From the NCBI GenBank assembly GCA_045658545.1, contig JAZOVE010000008.1:16995-80994 (forward strand): a stretch of DNA of 64,000 bases, in the 5' to 3' direction. Below, one piece after another: positions 1-9,503 of this stretch. The stretch is from Elusimicrobiaceae bacterium. Lineage in GTDB: Bacteria; Elusimicrobiota; Elusimicrobia; Elusimicrobiales; Elusimicrobiaceae. Below the pieces are notes generated by a model. It had not been told where the DNA came from and searched no databases. It was given only the letters and a program-made list of their open reading frames with translations. Made by a program: the position numbers and the translations under genes. Every line of letters begins with the position of its first letter. Positions within the stretch are counted from its first letter, which is position 1.

Positions 1-18
1 TATAATTTGAATTAGATA

Positions 19-1470
19 TTAATTACTTACCAAATAAGTTAAAAATTCATCTTGCAAGGCAGTAATTTCCCGGCTTTTGGCTTTAAAATTATTTATGAAG
101 AAACAAAAGGCAATATCTCTGTCTTGTTTGTCTTTAGTATAACCGGCGATATTGCGGGCCTTATCCAAAGCACCGGTTTTAATAAGTGTTTTTAAGGCAA
201 AAGGTTTTTTGGAAACTCTAACGCTAAAAAAACCTTTCTCGTCAGATTTACCGGCTATAACCAAACTGTCTTTGAAATCTTTTGCATAAGGTTTTTTCAA
301 AATTTCTTCAAGCAAAGTTACCGTTGCTTTACAAGAAACATTACTTGAATAAGAAAGCCCGCTTGCATCATATATATCAAAATCTTCCTCGGCAATACCT
401 AATTGTTCTAAATTTTCTTTTATTTTTTTAAGTCCGTCTTTTGCCGAACCGTCACCGCCGCTATATGCGCTGATATCACGCATCAAAACTTCCGCATACA
501 AATTATCACTCTTTTTATTTGTATGTTTTACAAGCTCTTTAACAGTCGGTGAAATATTTGTAAAAAGCAGTTTTTTGTTGGGATAATCTTCCCCCTTTTT
601 TACCTCTGCTTTGCCTGTAATTTTTATACCGGAATTTTCAAAAATTTCAAATAAACTTTCAGTGGCAAATTTTGCGGGGTTTGGTAAAGAAGCATAAATT
701 TTTGTTTGCTTTTCCGTAACAGGTAAAACACCGTTTAAATTGACGATACTGCTTGCAGGTTCAAAAGTTGCATAAACATCCTCGCTGTTAACCTCTGCGG
801 AAGCATAAGCGAAACTGTTAAAAGTAATACCTTTCATAGTAGGTATAATTGAAATGGGCTTTATATCTTTATCCCCCTCTTTGACAGACGGGAAAATGAT
901 TGTATATTGATTAGCGGCTATGCTTAAAGCATCTGCTTTCGGGGCAAAATAATTGCCAATATTTTTAAAGCTTGTGCGCCAAGGGAGTAGCATACCGCTG
1001 AATAAACTATTATCGGAATAAATATTGCCTTTAATTTTTGTGATACCTTTTGCTTTTAATTGTTTGGCCCAAGAAGAAAACACTTCGGTATAATAAAATT
1101 GTTCGTCAAAATCTTTACTGCCAAAACTCGGGTCCCCTCCCCCCCCCAAATAAATATCACCTTCAAATGTCTTGCCTTTTTGCACGCCGTCAAAATAAAG
1201 TTTTGTTTCAAAAGTTTTATTTGGGCCTAAAATTTCCAAAGCGGAAGCGGTAGTAAAAAGTTTCAAAACACTTGCCGGAACAAGCAGTAAATTTTTATCT
1301 TTAGCTAAAATTTCTTTGCCGCCGACATATTTTGCATAAACGCTGAAATTTGCATTTTTTAAAGCAGTTGCTTTGGCTAAATTTTGCAAAAAATTAACCC
1401 CGCTTATTTGTTCACAAAACGCAAGAGTGTATAAACAACAAAAAAGCAGGGTTAAAATTAAACGGCGCAT
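19..1470 (-). CDS. dacB: D-alanyl-D-alanine carboxypeptidase/endopeptidase, PBP4 family (peptidase S13)
   Basis: SxxK (PASVLKLFT), SDN (KKSDNLYAE) and KTG (IKTGAL) motifs occur in PBP4 order. A signal peptide begins at the internal Met (MRRLILTLLF), so the start is moved from 1500 to 1470, which also removes the overlap with clpP. Confidence 0.8.
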   Translation of the reverse strand: MRRLILTLLFCCLYTLAFCEQISGVNFLQNLAKATALKNANFSVYAKYVGGKEILAKDKNLLLVPASVLKLFTTASALEILGPNKTFETKLYFDGVQKGKTFEGDIYLGGGGDPSFGSKDFDEQFYYTEVFSSWAKQLKAKGITKIKGNIYSDNSLFSGMLLPWRTSFKNIGNYFAPKADALSIAANQYTIIFPSVKEGDKDIKPISIIPTMKGITFNSFAYASAEVNSEDVYATFEPASSIVNLNGVLPVTEKQTKIYASLPNPAKFATESLFEIFENSGIKITGKAEVKKGEDYPNKKLLFTNISPTVKELVKHTNKKSDNLYAEVLMRDISAYSGGDGSAKDGLKKIKENLEQLGIAEEDFDIYDASGLSYSSNVSCKATVTLLEEILKKPYAKDFKDSLVIAGKSDEKGFFSVRVSKKPFALKTLIKTGALDKARNIAGYTKDKQDRDIAFCFFINNFKAKSREITALQDEFLTYLVSN

Positions 1471-1471
1471 T

Positions 1472-2053
1472 TTATTTTTTAAGCGGCAAAATCTCGTCAA
1501 TTATGCCGTAGGCTTTTGCTTCTTCGGCAGACATATAATAATTACGCTCGCTGTCTTGCCTGATTTTTTCTTTTGACTGGCCTGTATGATGTGCCAAAAT
1601 ATCAAGCAAATGCTCTTTATTTTCACGCAATTCTTTTGCCTCAATTTCAATATCGGTAACTTGGCCCGATAAACCTCCCCAAATCAAAGGTTGGTGTATC
1701 ATAATTCTTGCATGCGGGAGTGCATAGCGTTTGCCTTTAGAACCTGCTGCTAAAAGAACAGCACCGAAGCTCATTGCCTGCCCCATACAAATCGTCGTAA
1801 TAGGGGCTTTGATATATTGCATAGTATCATAAATTGCAAGCCCTGCAGTTACTACACCACCTGGAGAGTTTATATATAAGTTAATTGAACGGGAAGAATC
1901 TTCCGCATCCAAATATAAAAGTTGTGCAATAATTATATTTGCAATTTCTGTGCCGATTTCCCCTTGCGGCCCACCGACGAATATAATTCTGTCTTTAAGC
2001 AAGCGGGAATAAATATCGTAAATATTGTTTTTTTCTACTATGGTAGGTATCAT
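1472..2053 (-). CDS. clpP: ATP-dependent Clp protease proteolytic subunit
   Basis: ClpP-like over the full length ([15 protein letters not shown] Ser motif, RIMIHQP His motif). The start is set at MIPTIVEK (2053), preceded by AGGAGGAACA. The 2080 start would run into the upstream gene. Confidence 0.93.
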   Translation of the reverse strand: MIPTIVEKNNIYDIYSRLLKDRIIFVGGPQGEIGTEIANIIIAQLLYLDAEDSSRSINLYINSPGGVVTAGLAIYDTMQYIKAPITTICMGQAMSFGAVLLAAGSKGKRYALPHARIMIHQPLIWGGLSGQVTDIEIEAKELRENKEHLLDILAHHTGQSKEKIRQDSERNYYMSAEEAKAYGIIDEILPLKK

Positions 2054-2061
2054 TGTTCCTC

Positions 2062-2601
2062 CTAAAAAACCGAGTTCCAAGAGCGTGTAGTAAATCTTAA
2101 AATTACCCTTCTGTTACAAGCACGGCCTTCCGGCGTATCTACGGTGGTTACAGGTTTCCTACTACCATGCCCGAAAGTTTTAATATATTCTGAAGCAACA
2201 CCCCTTGAAACTAAATAATCTTTTACTGCAGAAGTTCTTGCGCCGGAAAGCCAGTCATTATACTCATTTGAACCGACCTGATCACTATGCCCTTCTATGA
2301 CCAATTTAATTCTCTTATCTGCGTTCATAACTTCGGCAACTTTATCTAAAACATCATAAGAACTATGCTTAATTATAGTGCTGTCAAATTCAAAGTTGAT
2401 ATACGGAATTTTATTTTCTTCCAAGATAGCTTTTGGGCTTTTCTTGAGCCATTTTCTGGCCCTTTTATGTTCATTTCTTCTAGACGGGCAAATAGCACTG
2501 TTGGTGAGCATTTCCTCTTGTGTTTCATAATATCTAGTTTCGTCACCCGCACAAGCACAGGCAAATAATATAACTATTAAAGGGAAAATTAGCTTTTTCA
2601 T
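2062..2601 (-). CDS. OmpA-family peptidoglycan-associated lipoprotein
   Basis: Has a lipobox signal peptide (ILFACACAG). The C-terminal OmpA_C-like domain reads FEFDSTII...[25 protein letters not shown]...NRRV. Confidence 0.8.
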   Translation of the reverse strand: MKKLIFPLIVILFACACAGDETRYYETQEEMLTNSAICPSRRNEHKRARKWLKKSPKAILEENKIPYINFEFDSTIIKHSSYDVLDKVAEVMNADKRIKLVIEGHSDQVGSNEYNDWLSGARTSAVKDYLVSRGVASEYIKTFGHGSRKPVTTVDTPEGRACNRRVILRFTTRSWNSVF

Positions 2602-2632
2602 ATATTCTCCTGTTAATATTATAGCAAAAGTT

Positions 2633-4216
2633 TTATTTTTTTGCTTTTAACGCGGCCTTAACTAAACCGTCAAACAAAGGATGCGGGTTCATCGGGCTGC
2701 TCTTAAATTCCGGATGGAATTGCACCGCAATAAAAAACGGATGATTTTTATATTCCACAATTTCCGGCAAAGTTTTCTTATACCAACCTGTAATATGCAA
2801 ACCGGCTTTTTCTAATTTCGGTGCAAATTCAGGGTTATATTCATAGCGGTGGCGGTGACGTTCTTCAATAAGATTCTTTTTATAAAGTTTATGTGCCAAA
2901 GAACCCTTTTCAAGTTCGCAAGGGTAATTACCAAGGCGCATTGTTCCGCCGAGCATCTTGACCTTTTTTTGTTCTTCCATCATTGAGATAACAGGATGTG
3001 TCGTTTTAGGGTCAAGTTCTGTTGAATTTGCATCTTTAAAGCCGACTAAATTGCGTGCCGCTTCAATAACGGTGCATTGCATACCAAGGCAAATGCCAAG
3101 GAAAGGAATTTTATTTTCACGCGCATATTTGACTGTTTTGATTTTACCTTCTACGCCGCGTTTACCGAAACCGCCAGGAACGATAATACCCTGCACACCT
3201 TTTAAAGCTGCAGGTATTTTATCCGTTTGAGTATTTACATATTTGATTTTTACTTTTACACCGTTTGACATACCGGCTAAATTTAAAGATTCGGCAACTG
3301 ATTTATATGCGTCATGTAACTCTGCATATTTACCGGCAATAGCGATAGTAATTTCCTTACTTTGCTTTGCCGCTTTTTTGACGAAATTAAACCATTTACC
3401 GTCGTTTTTCTTTTTGGGTTTTAACCCCAAACGTTTTATTATAAGGTCAGTTAAATGTTGTTGTTCAAAATTTTCAGGGAGTAGATAAATTGACGGCACA
3501 TCTTTTGCTTCAATTACCGCGTCAACGGGAACACTGCAGAACAGTGAAATTTTCTTTTTCATATTTTGCGGAATTTCGTGTTCAGAGCGGCAGATTAAGA
3601 CATCCGGCTCAAGCCCGATTTCGCGAAGTTTTGTAACAGAGTGTTGCGTCGGTTTTGTTTTAAGTTCGCCGGCACTTGCAATATACGGAATTAAAGTTGC
3701 ATGCACGCACATAACATTTGCCCAACCGCGTTCAAGTTTAAATTGGCGGGCCGCTTCAATAAACGGCAAACTTTCCATATCTCCTACGGTTCCACCTATT
3801 TCAATAAGGGTAACATCATAATCTTTTTCAAAAGGAATAAAGCGGGATTTAATTTCATTTGTAATATGCGGAATTACTTGCACAGTTGTACCATTATAAT
3901 CACCGCGCCTTTCCCTATCTATTACAGTTTGGTAAATCGAGCCGGCGGTATTTGTGTTATGGCGTGTCATTTCAACGCCTAAAAAGCGCTCATAGGTACC
4001 GAGGTCCAAATCTGCTTCTGCACCATCTTTGGTAACATAAACTTCACCGTGTTGATAAGGACTTAAAGTGCCGGGGTCAACATTTATATAAGGATCGCAC
4101 TTAACCATATTAACTTTTAAACCGCGAAGTTGCAAAAGCTTCGCAATACTTGAACCGGAAATACCTTTCCCGAGTGAACTAACTACACCGCCTGTAATAA
4201 AAATGAATTTTGACAT
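2633..4216 (-). CDS. pyrG: CTP synthase
   Basis: 527 aa. The N-terminal synthetase domain starts MSKFIFITGGVVSSLGKG, and the C-terminal GATase has GICLGMQ and HRHRYE motifs. Confidence 0.96.
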   Translation of the reverse strand: MSKFIFITGGVVSSLGKGISGSSIAKLLQLRGLKVNMVKCDPYINVDPGTLSPYQHGEVYVTKDGAEADLDLGTYERFLGVEMTRHNTNTAGSIYQTVIDRERRGDYNGTTVQVIPHITNEIKSRFIPFEKDYDVTLIEIGGTVGDMESLPFIEAARQFKLERGWANVMCVHATLIPYIASAGELKTKPTQHSVTKLREIGLEPDVLICRSEHEIPQNMKKKISLFCSVPVDAVIEAKDVPSIYLLPENFEQQHLTDLIIKRLGLKPKKKNDGKWFNFVKKAAKQSKEITIAIAGKYAELHDAYKSVAESLNLAGMSNGVKVKIKYVNTQTDKIPAALKGVQGIIVPGGFGKRGVEGKIKTVKYARENKIPFLGICLGMQCTVIEAARNLVGFKDANSTELDPKTTHPVISMMEEQKKVKMLGGTMRLGNYPCELEKGSLAHKLYKKNLIEERHRHRYEYNPEFAPKLEKAGLHITGWYKKTLPEIVEYKNHPFFIAVQFHPEFKSSPMNPHPLFDGLVKAALKAKK

Positions 4217-4227
4217 ATTATCCTACC

Positions 4228-4980
4228 TTATTTTTTATGTAATTTTTTTGCATAAGCTCTTGCTTTGATTAAATCCGCCGGGGTATCAATAGCAGGGCCT
4301 GCCTTCTCAATTAAAATTGATTTAATTATTAAACCGTTTTCCAAAGCTCTGAGTTGTTCTAACTTTTCTAAATTTTCCAAAGTGCTTTTTGGGAGCTTAA
4401 CAAATTTATTTAATGCGGCTTGTTTATAACCGTAAATTCCGCAATGAATATAGAAAGGCACTTTAGCCGTTTCTTTTGTTATTTCCCTCTTAAAAGGTAT
4501 AACGGAACGGGAAAAATATAAAGCTTGTTTTTTACCTGTTAAAACTGCTTTTACATGGCTTGGTTCAATAACTGTTTTTTCATCTAATGTAGGGTAACAC
4601 GCAGTTGAAATGTCAGCCTGTTTATCTTTCTTTAAAAGTTTGACGACATTTTTAATGGTAGACGCTTGAACAAAAGGTTCATCACCTTGAACATTAACAA
4701 TATATTTATAAGCTTTTTTTGTTTTCTTGTAAGCTTCAAAAACTCTATCAGTTCCGCTTTGGCATTTTGCGCTTGTTAAGACGGCTGTTGCTTTAAATTT
4801 TTTAGCGGCTTCAACAATTTTTTCACTTTCTGTGGCAATTAAAACATCACCGACTTTTGCATTTTTGCAAGCATTATAAACCCACTCAATAATGGTTTTA
4901 CCTTCAATTTCTGCTAAAACTTTGGCAGGTAAACGCGTTGAACTGTAACGCGCCGGAATAACAATTAAAGTATCTTTCAT
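4228..4980 (-). CDS. kdsB: 3-deoxy-manno-octulosonate cytidylyltransferase (CMP-KDO synthetase)
   Basis: 250 aa with the VIPARYSSTRLPAKVL N-terminus, NVQGDEP, and a conserved KdsB C-terminal part (LEQLRALENG). Confidence 0.9.
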   Translation of the reverse strand: MKDTLIVIPARYSSTRLPAKVLAEIEGKTIIEWVYNACKNAKVGDVLIATESEKIVEAAKKFKATAVLTSAKCQSGTDRVFEAYKKTKKAYKYIVNVQGDEPFVQASTIKNVVKLLKKDKQADISTACYPTLDEKTVIEPSHVKAVLTGKKQALYFSRSVIPFKREITKETAKVPFYIHCGIYGYKQAALNKFVKLPKSTLENLEKLEQLRALENGLIIKSILIEKAGPAIDTPADLIKARAYAKKLHKK

Positions 4981-5972
4981 TTATTTAAAACTCCTTTGAT
5001 TTCATCAGTAGTAACTGTTGCGGTGCCAAGTTTTGCAACAACAAGGCCGGCTGCTTCATTTGCAATAAAAGCTGCATCTTTTAAACTTGCTTTGCATGCC
5101 AAAGCAAGAGTTAAAACGGAAATTACCGTATCCCCCGCACCTGTAACATCAAACACTTCTTTTGCGGTCGCTTTAATGGTGGTAATTCTGGGGGTTTTAC
5201 CTTTTTCAAACAAACTCATACCTTGTGCGCTGCGTGTAATTAAAATAGAATCTGCTTTCAAAGTTTTTAAGATTTTTTTACCTAAATCTAAAATTGATTT
5301 TTCATCTTTTTTAGGCGGTAAGCCCATGCCTTCCCATGCCTCTTTGGTATTTGGTGTCATACAAGTAATATTTTTGTATTTTAAGAAATTATCAATTTTT
5401 GGGTCCACGCAAACAGGAATATTTTTTACGCGGCAGGCCTTAATAATATCTTGAATATTATGTTCAGAAAGCATACCTTTACCGTAGTCAGACATTATTA
5501 CACCTTTTGCGGTTTTTAATGCTTCCTTAAAATTTGCCAAACATTCAGCGGACACTTGTTTGTTAATTTTTGCTTTTGATTCCCGATCAACCCTAACAAC
5601 TTGCTGGCGTTCTGCAATAACACGCACTTTTTGGGTTGTAGGGCGCGTTTTATCGGTAACTATTTTTGAAGTATCTGCACCCTTGTTTTCCAAAAATTGT
5701 TTTAAAATTATACCGTTTACATCATCACCAAGTACGGAAATTACCGTCGGTTTTGCACCAAGAACAGCCAAATTTACTGCAACATTTCCTGCACCGCCGG
5801 CAACAAAATCTTCTTCATCAACGCTAACTACCGGTACAGGTGCTTCCGGCGAAATACGGCTTACACTCCCTTTAACAAAATGGTCAAGCATAACATCGCC
5901 GATAACTATAATTTCTTTACCTTTAAATTTATCAATTAAAGTATTATACTTTTTTAAGTCAGAGGTTTTCAT
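4977..5972 (-). CDS. hldA: D-glycero-beta-D-manno-heptose-7-phosphate kinase (RfaE domain I type, PfkB family)
   Basis: 331 aa with a PfkB carbohydrate kinase signature (DVTGAGDT) and an RfaE-I-like N-terminus (IIVIGDVMLDHF..G.V.RISPEAPVPV). It has a 4-nt overlap with kdsB. Confidence 0.75.
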   Translation of the reverse strand: MKTSDLKKYNTLIDKFKGKEIIVIGDVMLDHFVKGSVSRISPEAPVPVVSVDEEDFVAGGAGNVAVNLAVLGAKPTVISVLGDDVNGIILKQFLENKGADTSKIVTDKTRPTTQKVRVIAERQQVVRVDRESKAKINKQVSAECLANFKEALKTAKGVIMSDYGKGMLSEHNIQDIIKACRVKNIPVCVDPKIDNFLKYKNITCMTPNTKEAWEGMGLPPKKDEKSILDLGKKILKTLKADSILITRSAQGMSLFEKGKTPRITTIKATAKEVFDVTGAGDTVISVLTLALACKASLKDAAFIANEAAGLVVAKLGTATVTTDEIKGVLNK

Positions 5973-7066
5973 AAATTCCCACCTTTTTTATAAGAGTAAA
6001 GTTCTGCCTTTACAGAACCTATAAAAACTTCAACCGCCATTTTTACAGGTAGGCGGTATTCATCATCTGTAAGCCAAACTTTTAAACTTTTCCCTTTAAC
6101 AACAAAAATACTTTCACCGCTTATCATAGGTTCAACTACGATACAATTAAATGTACCTGCTTTAGTTTTAACTTTTTCTTTACCATGAACGATTACTTTA
6201 AGCGGATATTGCTTATTTACATTAACTATATCAAAATAAACGGTATCTTGCAAAGAAATTTTTGGGTTTCTGACGTAATATAAAGCACTTAAGACATCAA
6301 AAACCGTTGTTCCGGTAAAAGGCGTAGTAAATTTATAAAGTTCGCCTTTTTTGTTTTGCTTATACATATTGTAAGTGTTATTTTGATAATCAAAATTAAG
6401 CCACTCGTCGCGTTTATAAGAACCTTCGCGCACACTTTGCCAATAACCTAAAGATTTGGATAAATCTGATTTTATCCAAGACATATTTATATCACGCACT
6501 TTAAACATTTTGTCAATTACAGGGTAAGATTTGGCAAGTGTTTCAATTTGATAAGCATATTCTTTGCCGTTATACAAGATTTTTTCTGCTTTTATTGTTG
6601 CTTCGCCGGCGGTAATAAAAGCCCAAGAGATTTTATAATTTAATTCTTCCCCGAACCAAAGCGGTGCTTTCCCTTCAGGGGTACAAGTTGAAACTTGCAT
6701 AAAATACCAAGGGTGTGTTAAACGTCCGTCATCAGTTCTCATAATTTCTTTTGGCGGGTTTGCGGGGTCAAGTTTAACTTCGGTGGTAACTGTTTCTTTT
6801 TCTTTGGAAATTTCTTGTTTAGGTTCTTCTTTCGTTTCTTGTTTTACTTCGGGCTTAGTTTGTTTTATTTCCGTTGTTGCGGTATTTTGTTTAACCTGTT
6901 TTTCTTGCTTTACTTCTGTTTGAACGGGCTGCTTTTCAGGCACAATTTCTTGCGTGGCAACTTGTTGCTGTTCTTCTTTCGTTTCTAGAGTCGGCATTTC
7001 TTTTTGCGTGGTTTTGCAGGCGCAAACAAAGGCAAAACACAAAATTATAAATAATAATTTTTTCAT
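5969..7066 (-). CDS. DUF3108-like lipoprotein with N-terminal K/Q/E-rich repeat region
   Basis: Lipobox (FAFVCAC), then a low-complexity region of VKQE/KQE repeats. The C-terminal ~230 aa resemble the DUF3108 pattern (ELNYKISWAFITAGEATIK...). The assignment is from memory of the family only. Confidence 0.5.
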   Translation of the reverse strand: MKKLLFIILCFAFVCACKTTQKEMPTLETKEEQQQVATQEIVPEKQPVQTEVKQEKQVKQNTATTEIKQTKPEVKQETKEEPKQEISKEKETVTTEVKLDPANPPKEIMRTDDGRLTHPWYFMQVSTCTPEGKAPLWFGEELNYKISWAFITAGEATIKAEKILYNGKEYAYQIETLAKSYPVIDKMFKVRDINMSWIKSDLSKSLGYWQSVREGSYKRDEWLNFDYQNNTYNMYKQNKKGELYKFTTPFTGTTVFDVLSALYYVRNPKISLQDTVYFDIVNVNKQYPLKVIVHGKEKVKTKAGTFNCIVVEPMISGESIFVVKGKSLKVWLTDDEYRLPVKMAVEVFIGSVKAELYSYKKGGNL

Positions 7067-7638
7067 AACTCCCCTTTACTTAAAATATAATTTGCCGCAC
7101 CACTCAAATCTGCACAATGTTTGAAATTTTTAAGTTCTTTTTTATATTTTTGCGCTTGCTTTCTGCCGTTACCGGTTAAGACCAAAACACCTTCCGCACC
7201 GATATTTTTTGCAAAATCCATATCACTTTTTTTATCGCCAATCATAAAACATTTTTTAGGGTCGAGTCTATAACCTTTAATAATGTCTGCGCCCATTTTA
7301 GGGAGTGGTTTTCTGCATTTACAATTTTCATTTGGCGCATGCGGGCAATAAGCAATACCTTCAATTTGCACACCCTTTAATTTTTTTAGCATCGCCGCCA
7401 TTACGGCAAGCATAGTATCTTCATCAAAATAACCGCGACCGATACCTGACTGATTTGAAACGACAAACAATTTATACCCTGCTTTATATAATTTTTTAAG
7501 CCCCGCCAAAGTATTTTTATAGAGGACAACTTTTTTAGGGTCCGCTAAATAAACGCCGGGCTTTTCAAAAATAATAGTGCCGTCTCTGTCTAAGAAAACG
7601 GCCTTATTTTGTGTTTGAGTTTTAGTCTTAATCGGCAC
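7063..7638 (-). CDS. gmhB: D-glycero-D-manno-heptose 1,7-bisphosphate phosphatase (HAD-IIIA)
   Basis: Has FLDRDGT, the CPHxxxxxCxCRKP zinc motif and GDKxSD. There is no in-frame ATG near the domain start, so I use the GTG at 7638 (VPIKTK...). The 271-aa ORF-caller version overlaps the lpxL-like gene by 250 nt. Confidence 0.8.
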   Translation of the reverse strand: MPIKTKTQTQNKAVFLDRDGTIIFEKPGVYLADPKKVVLYKNTLAGLKKLYKAGYKLFVVSNQSGIGRGYFDEDTMLAVMAAMLKKLKGVQIEGIAYCPHAPNENCKCRKPLPKMGADIIKGYRLDPKKCFMIGDKKSDMDFAKNIGAEGVLVLTGNGRKQAQKYKKELKNFKHCADLSGAANYILSKGEL

Positions 7639-8548
7639 GGACTTTCCCCTCCTGCATAGCTTTTTTTGCCTCGTTTTCGCGTTTCCATCTGTTATGCGCC
7701 CAAAGCCAATCGGCAGGGTGATTGATAACATTTTGTTCCAATTTAGATTGCAAAACTTTTGTAAAGTCAGCCACTGCTTGCGTGGAATATTCAACTTGCG
7801 GCGGGTAAATAGTTTTCGTGCAGCGCGCAACAAATTGTTTGCCGTCGCGGTAAACTTCCAAACAATGTACGGGAACACCTGTCTTTAAAGAAAGAACTGC
7901 CGGCATCGGGGAAACTTCCGCCGGCCTATTTAAGAAATTCATATAAAATTTTGAAGATATTACGCTTTGATCTGCCAAAATTGCAACTAAAGCACCTTTT
8001 TTAAGAGCGCGGCAAGAGGCAAAAAACGGGTTATGCGAACTTATCAAAGTACTGCCGAAAGCACTTCTGAGTTTTGTAATATATCCGTCTACATATTTGT
8101 TATTTTGCGGGTATGCGACAAAGGCCATTTTTTTGGCTATTATCGCAGTTGCAAGGCCTAACACTTCCCAATTCGCAAAATGCCCCAAAAGTAAAATACC
8201 GCCTTTGCCTTGTTGATTATCTTTAAAAAATTTATCACAATTTTCAAAGCGGAATTTTGAAAGTATTTGTTCTTTATTAAGTTTTGTAGCTTTTGCAAAT
8301 TCTGCGACTATGCGGCCCATATTTTCCCAAGATTTTTTGGCAATTTCGGCACACTCTTTTTTAGTTTTATTCGGGAAAGCTTTTTGAATATCTTTAATAC
8401 TTCTTTTATAACGGTTTGGCATAACTTTTGTTAGGAGCAAGCCGATTATACATCCAACTTTAACTATGAATTTTTCGGGCAAAAAGGCCAAGGTTTTAAC
8501 AAGAAGTTTTAAACCAAGGTACTGGATGTAATCAAAAAAACTTTTCAT
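7628..8548 (-). CDS. Lipid A biosynthesis (Kdo)2-lipid IVA acyltransferase, LpxL/HtrB family
   Basis: 306 aa with an N-terminal hydrophobic anchor, an HFANWE (Hx4E/D) acyltransferase motif and overall LpxL-like layout. It sits next to the heptose/KDO genes. Confidence 0.7.
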   Translation of the reverse strand: MKSFFDYIQYLGLKLLVKTLAFLPEKFIVKVGCIIGLLLTKVMPNRYKRSIKDIQKAFPNKTKKECAEIAKKSWENMGRIVAEFAKATKLNKEQILSKFRFENCDKFFKDNQQGKGGILLLGHFANWEVLGLATAIIAKKMAFVAYPQNNKYVDGYITKLRSAFGSTLISSHNPFFASCRALKKGALVAILADQSVISSKFYMNFLNRPAEVSPMPAVLSLKTGVPVHCLEVYRDGKQFVARCTKTIYPPQVEYSTQAVADFTKVLQSKLEQNVINHPADWLWAHNRWKRENEAKKAMQEGKVRAD

Positions 8549-8624
8549 AATAGATATTATACCAAACTAAGAGGATGTAATGGTAAGGAAATTTAGAGAT
8601 TATTTGGTTTTAATTTAAACGGGC

Positions 8625-8653
8625 AGTAAAAAAGGGCTGTTTAAACAGCCCTT
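8625..8653 (-). terminator. Intrinsic terminator after the ankyrin-like paralog pair
   Basis: The minus strand reads AAGGGCTG-tttaaa-CAGCCCTT followed by TTTTTAC. Confidence 0.7.
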
Positions 8654-8685
8654 TTAGATTTTTTAGATTTAAAAATAATTGTTTA

Positions 8686-9495
8686 TTACTCATCCATTTC
8701 ATCAGCGGCTTTTTGTATTTTTTCATCTAATTCACGTGTAGCTGCGCCGATGTTTTTTTGCTTAGTTTTTTCTTTAGCTTGTGTAAGCAATTCCAATATT
8801 TCTTCCCCTCTTTCATAGCGGCTTTGATAATAAGAAACTTTAGAATCATTATTTGCCCACAAAGCTTGCTGATTTAAATTCTCTGCCATATTATCTTCAA
8901 TAGCTTTAATATACCTATTATATTCGCTTAAAGGCATATTTTGATCTATTAAAAACTTAACAAGATTTATTTTATTATCCGCCATATCGGCATATGTGAT
9001 ATTATTAATTGTATCATCGTGAATTGCCGCCCAAACCTCTTTACCGCCTTTATTTAACAGGAGTTCAAGTTTTTGAACAGATAAAGGATACTCATTTTTA
9101 TAGTTAGTTAAACCGTTGGCTACAATATCGGCAGCATAACTTATTATATTTGTAGATTTTCCCATACTTCCGATACTAGTTTCATCTTTGGTAATATCAA
9201 TATTTTGATCCATTAAAAAGTCAAGAATATTTAAACTAATCTTTTTATCTGAAGCAACCATATAATAAACAGGGTTTGCATCATCATCTTTTGTTATTTT
9301 AGCAATATTGATTTTTTTGTTATTAACAAAGTATTGCAAACATTCCAAGTCGTATTTGAACAATGCTTCATATATTACTTGTTTCTCGCCGTGTGATAGA
9401 TCATAATATTGTTCACAATTCCGTTCCGTACTTTGGGCAATACTTGGCACGACACCACTAACTAAAACTGCTAATGCTAATAATAATTTCTTCAT
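8686..9495 (-). CDS. Secreted hypothetical protein with degenerate ankyrin-like repeats (paralog of 9504..10154)
   Basis: Signal peptide MKKLLLALAVLVSGVVPSIAQ. Repeated segments resemble ANK helices (LQYFVNNKKINI, ILDFLMDQNIDI, LELLLNKGGKEV, LVKFLIDQNMPL). It shares the signal peptide and the FLI(D/N)Q.MP.SEYNRYIK block with the upstream gene. Confidence 0.45.
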   Translation of the reverse strand: MKKLLLALAVLVSGVVPSIAQSTERNCEQYYDLSHGEKQVIYEALFKYDLECLQYFVNNKKINIAKITKDDDANPVYYMVASDKKISLNILDFLMDQNIDITKDETSIGSMGKSTNIISYAADIVANGLTNYKNEYPLSVQKLELLLNKGGKEVWAAIHDDTINNITYADMADNKINLVKFLIDQNMPLSEYNRYIKAIEDNMAENLNQQALWANNDSKVSYYQSRYERGEEILELLTQAKEKTKQKNIGAATRELDEKIQKAADEMDE

Positions 9496-9503
9496 TTTTA
9501 CTC

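Noticed and set aside
4996-6024. Long antisense ORFs inside well-supported genes (e.g. 4996..5454, 5560..6024, 25098..25631, 37014..37319, 46311..46883, 49202..49612, 54219..54689, 60655..61002)
   Set aside because: They lie opposite strongly conserved genes, lack SD sequences, and have Ser/Leu/Pro-rich compositions typical of antisense frames. There is no evidence they are coding.
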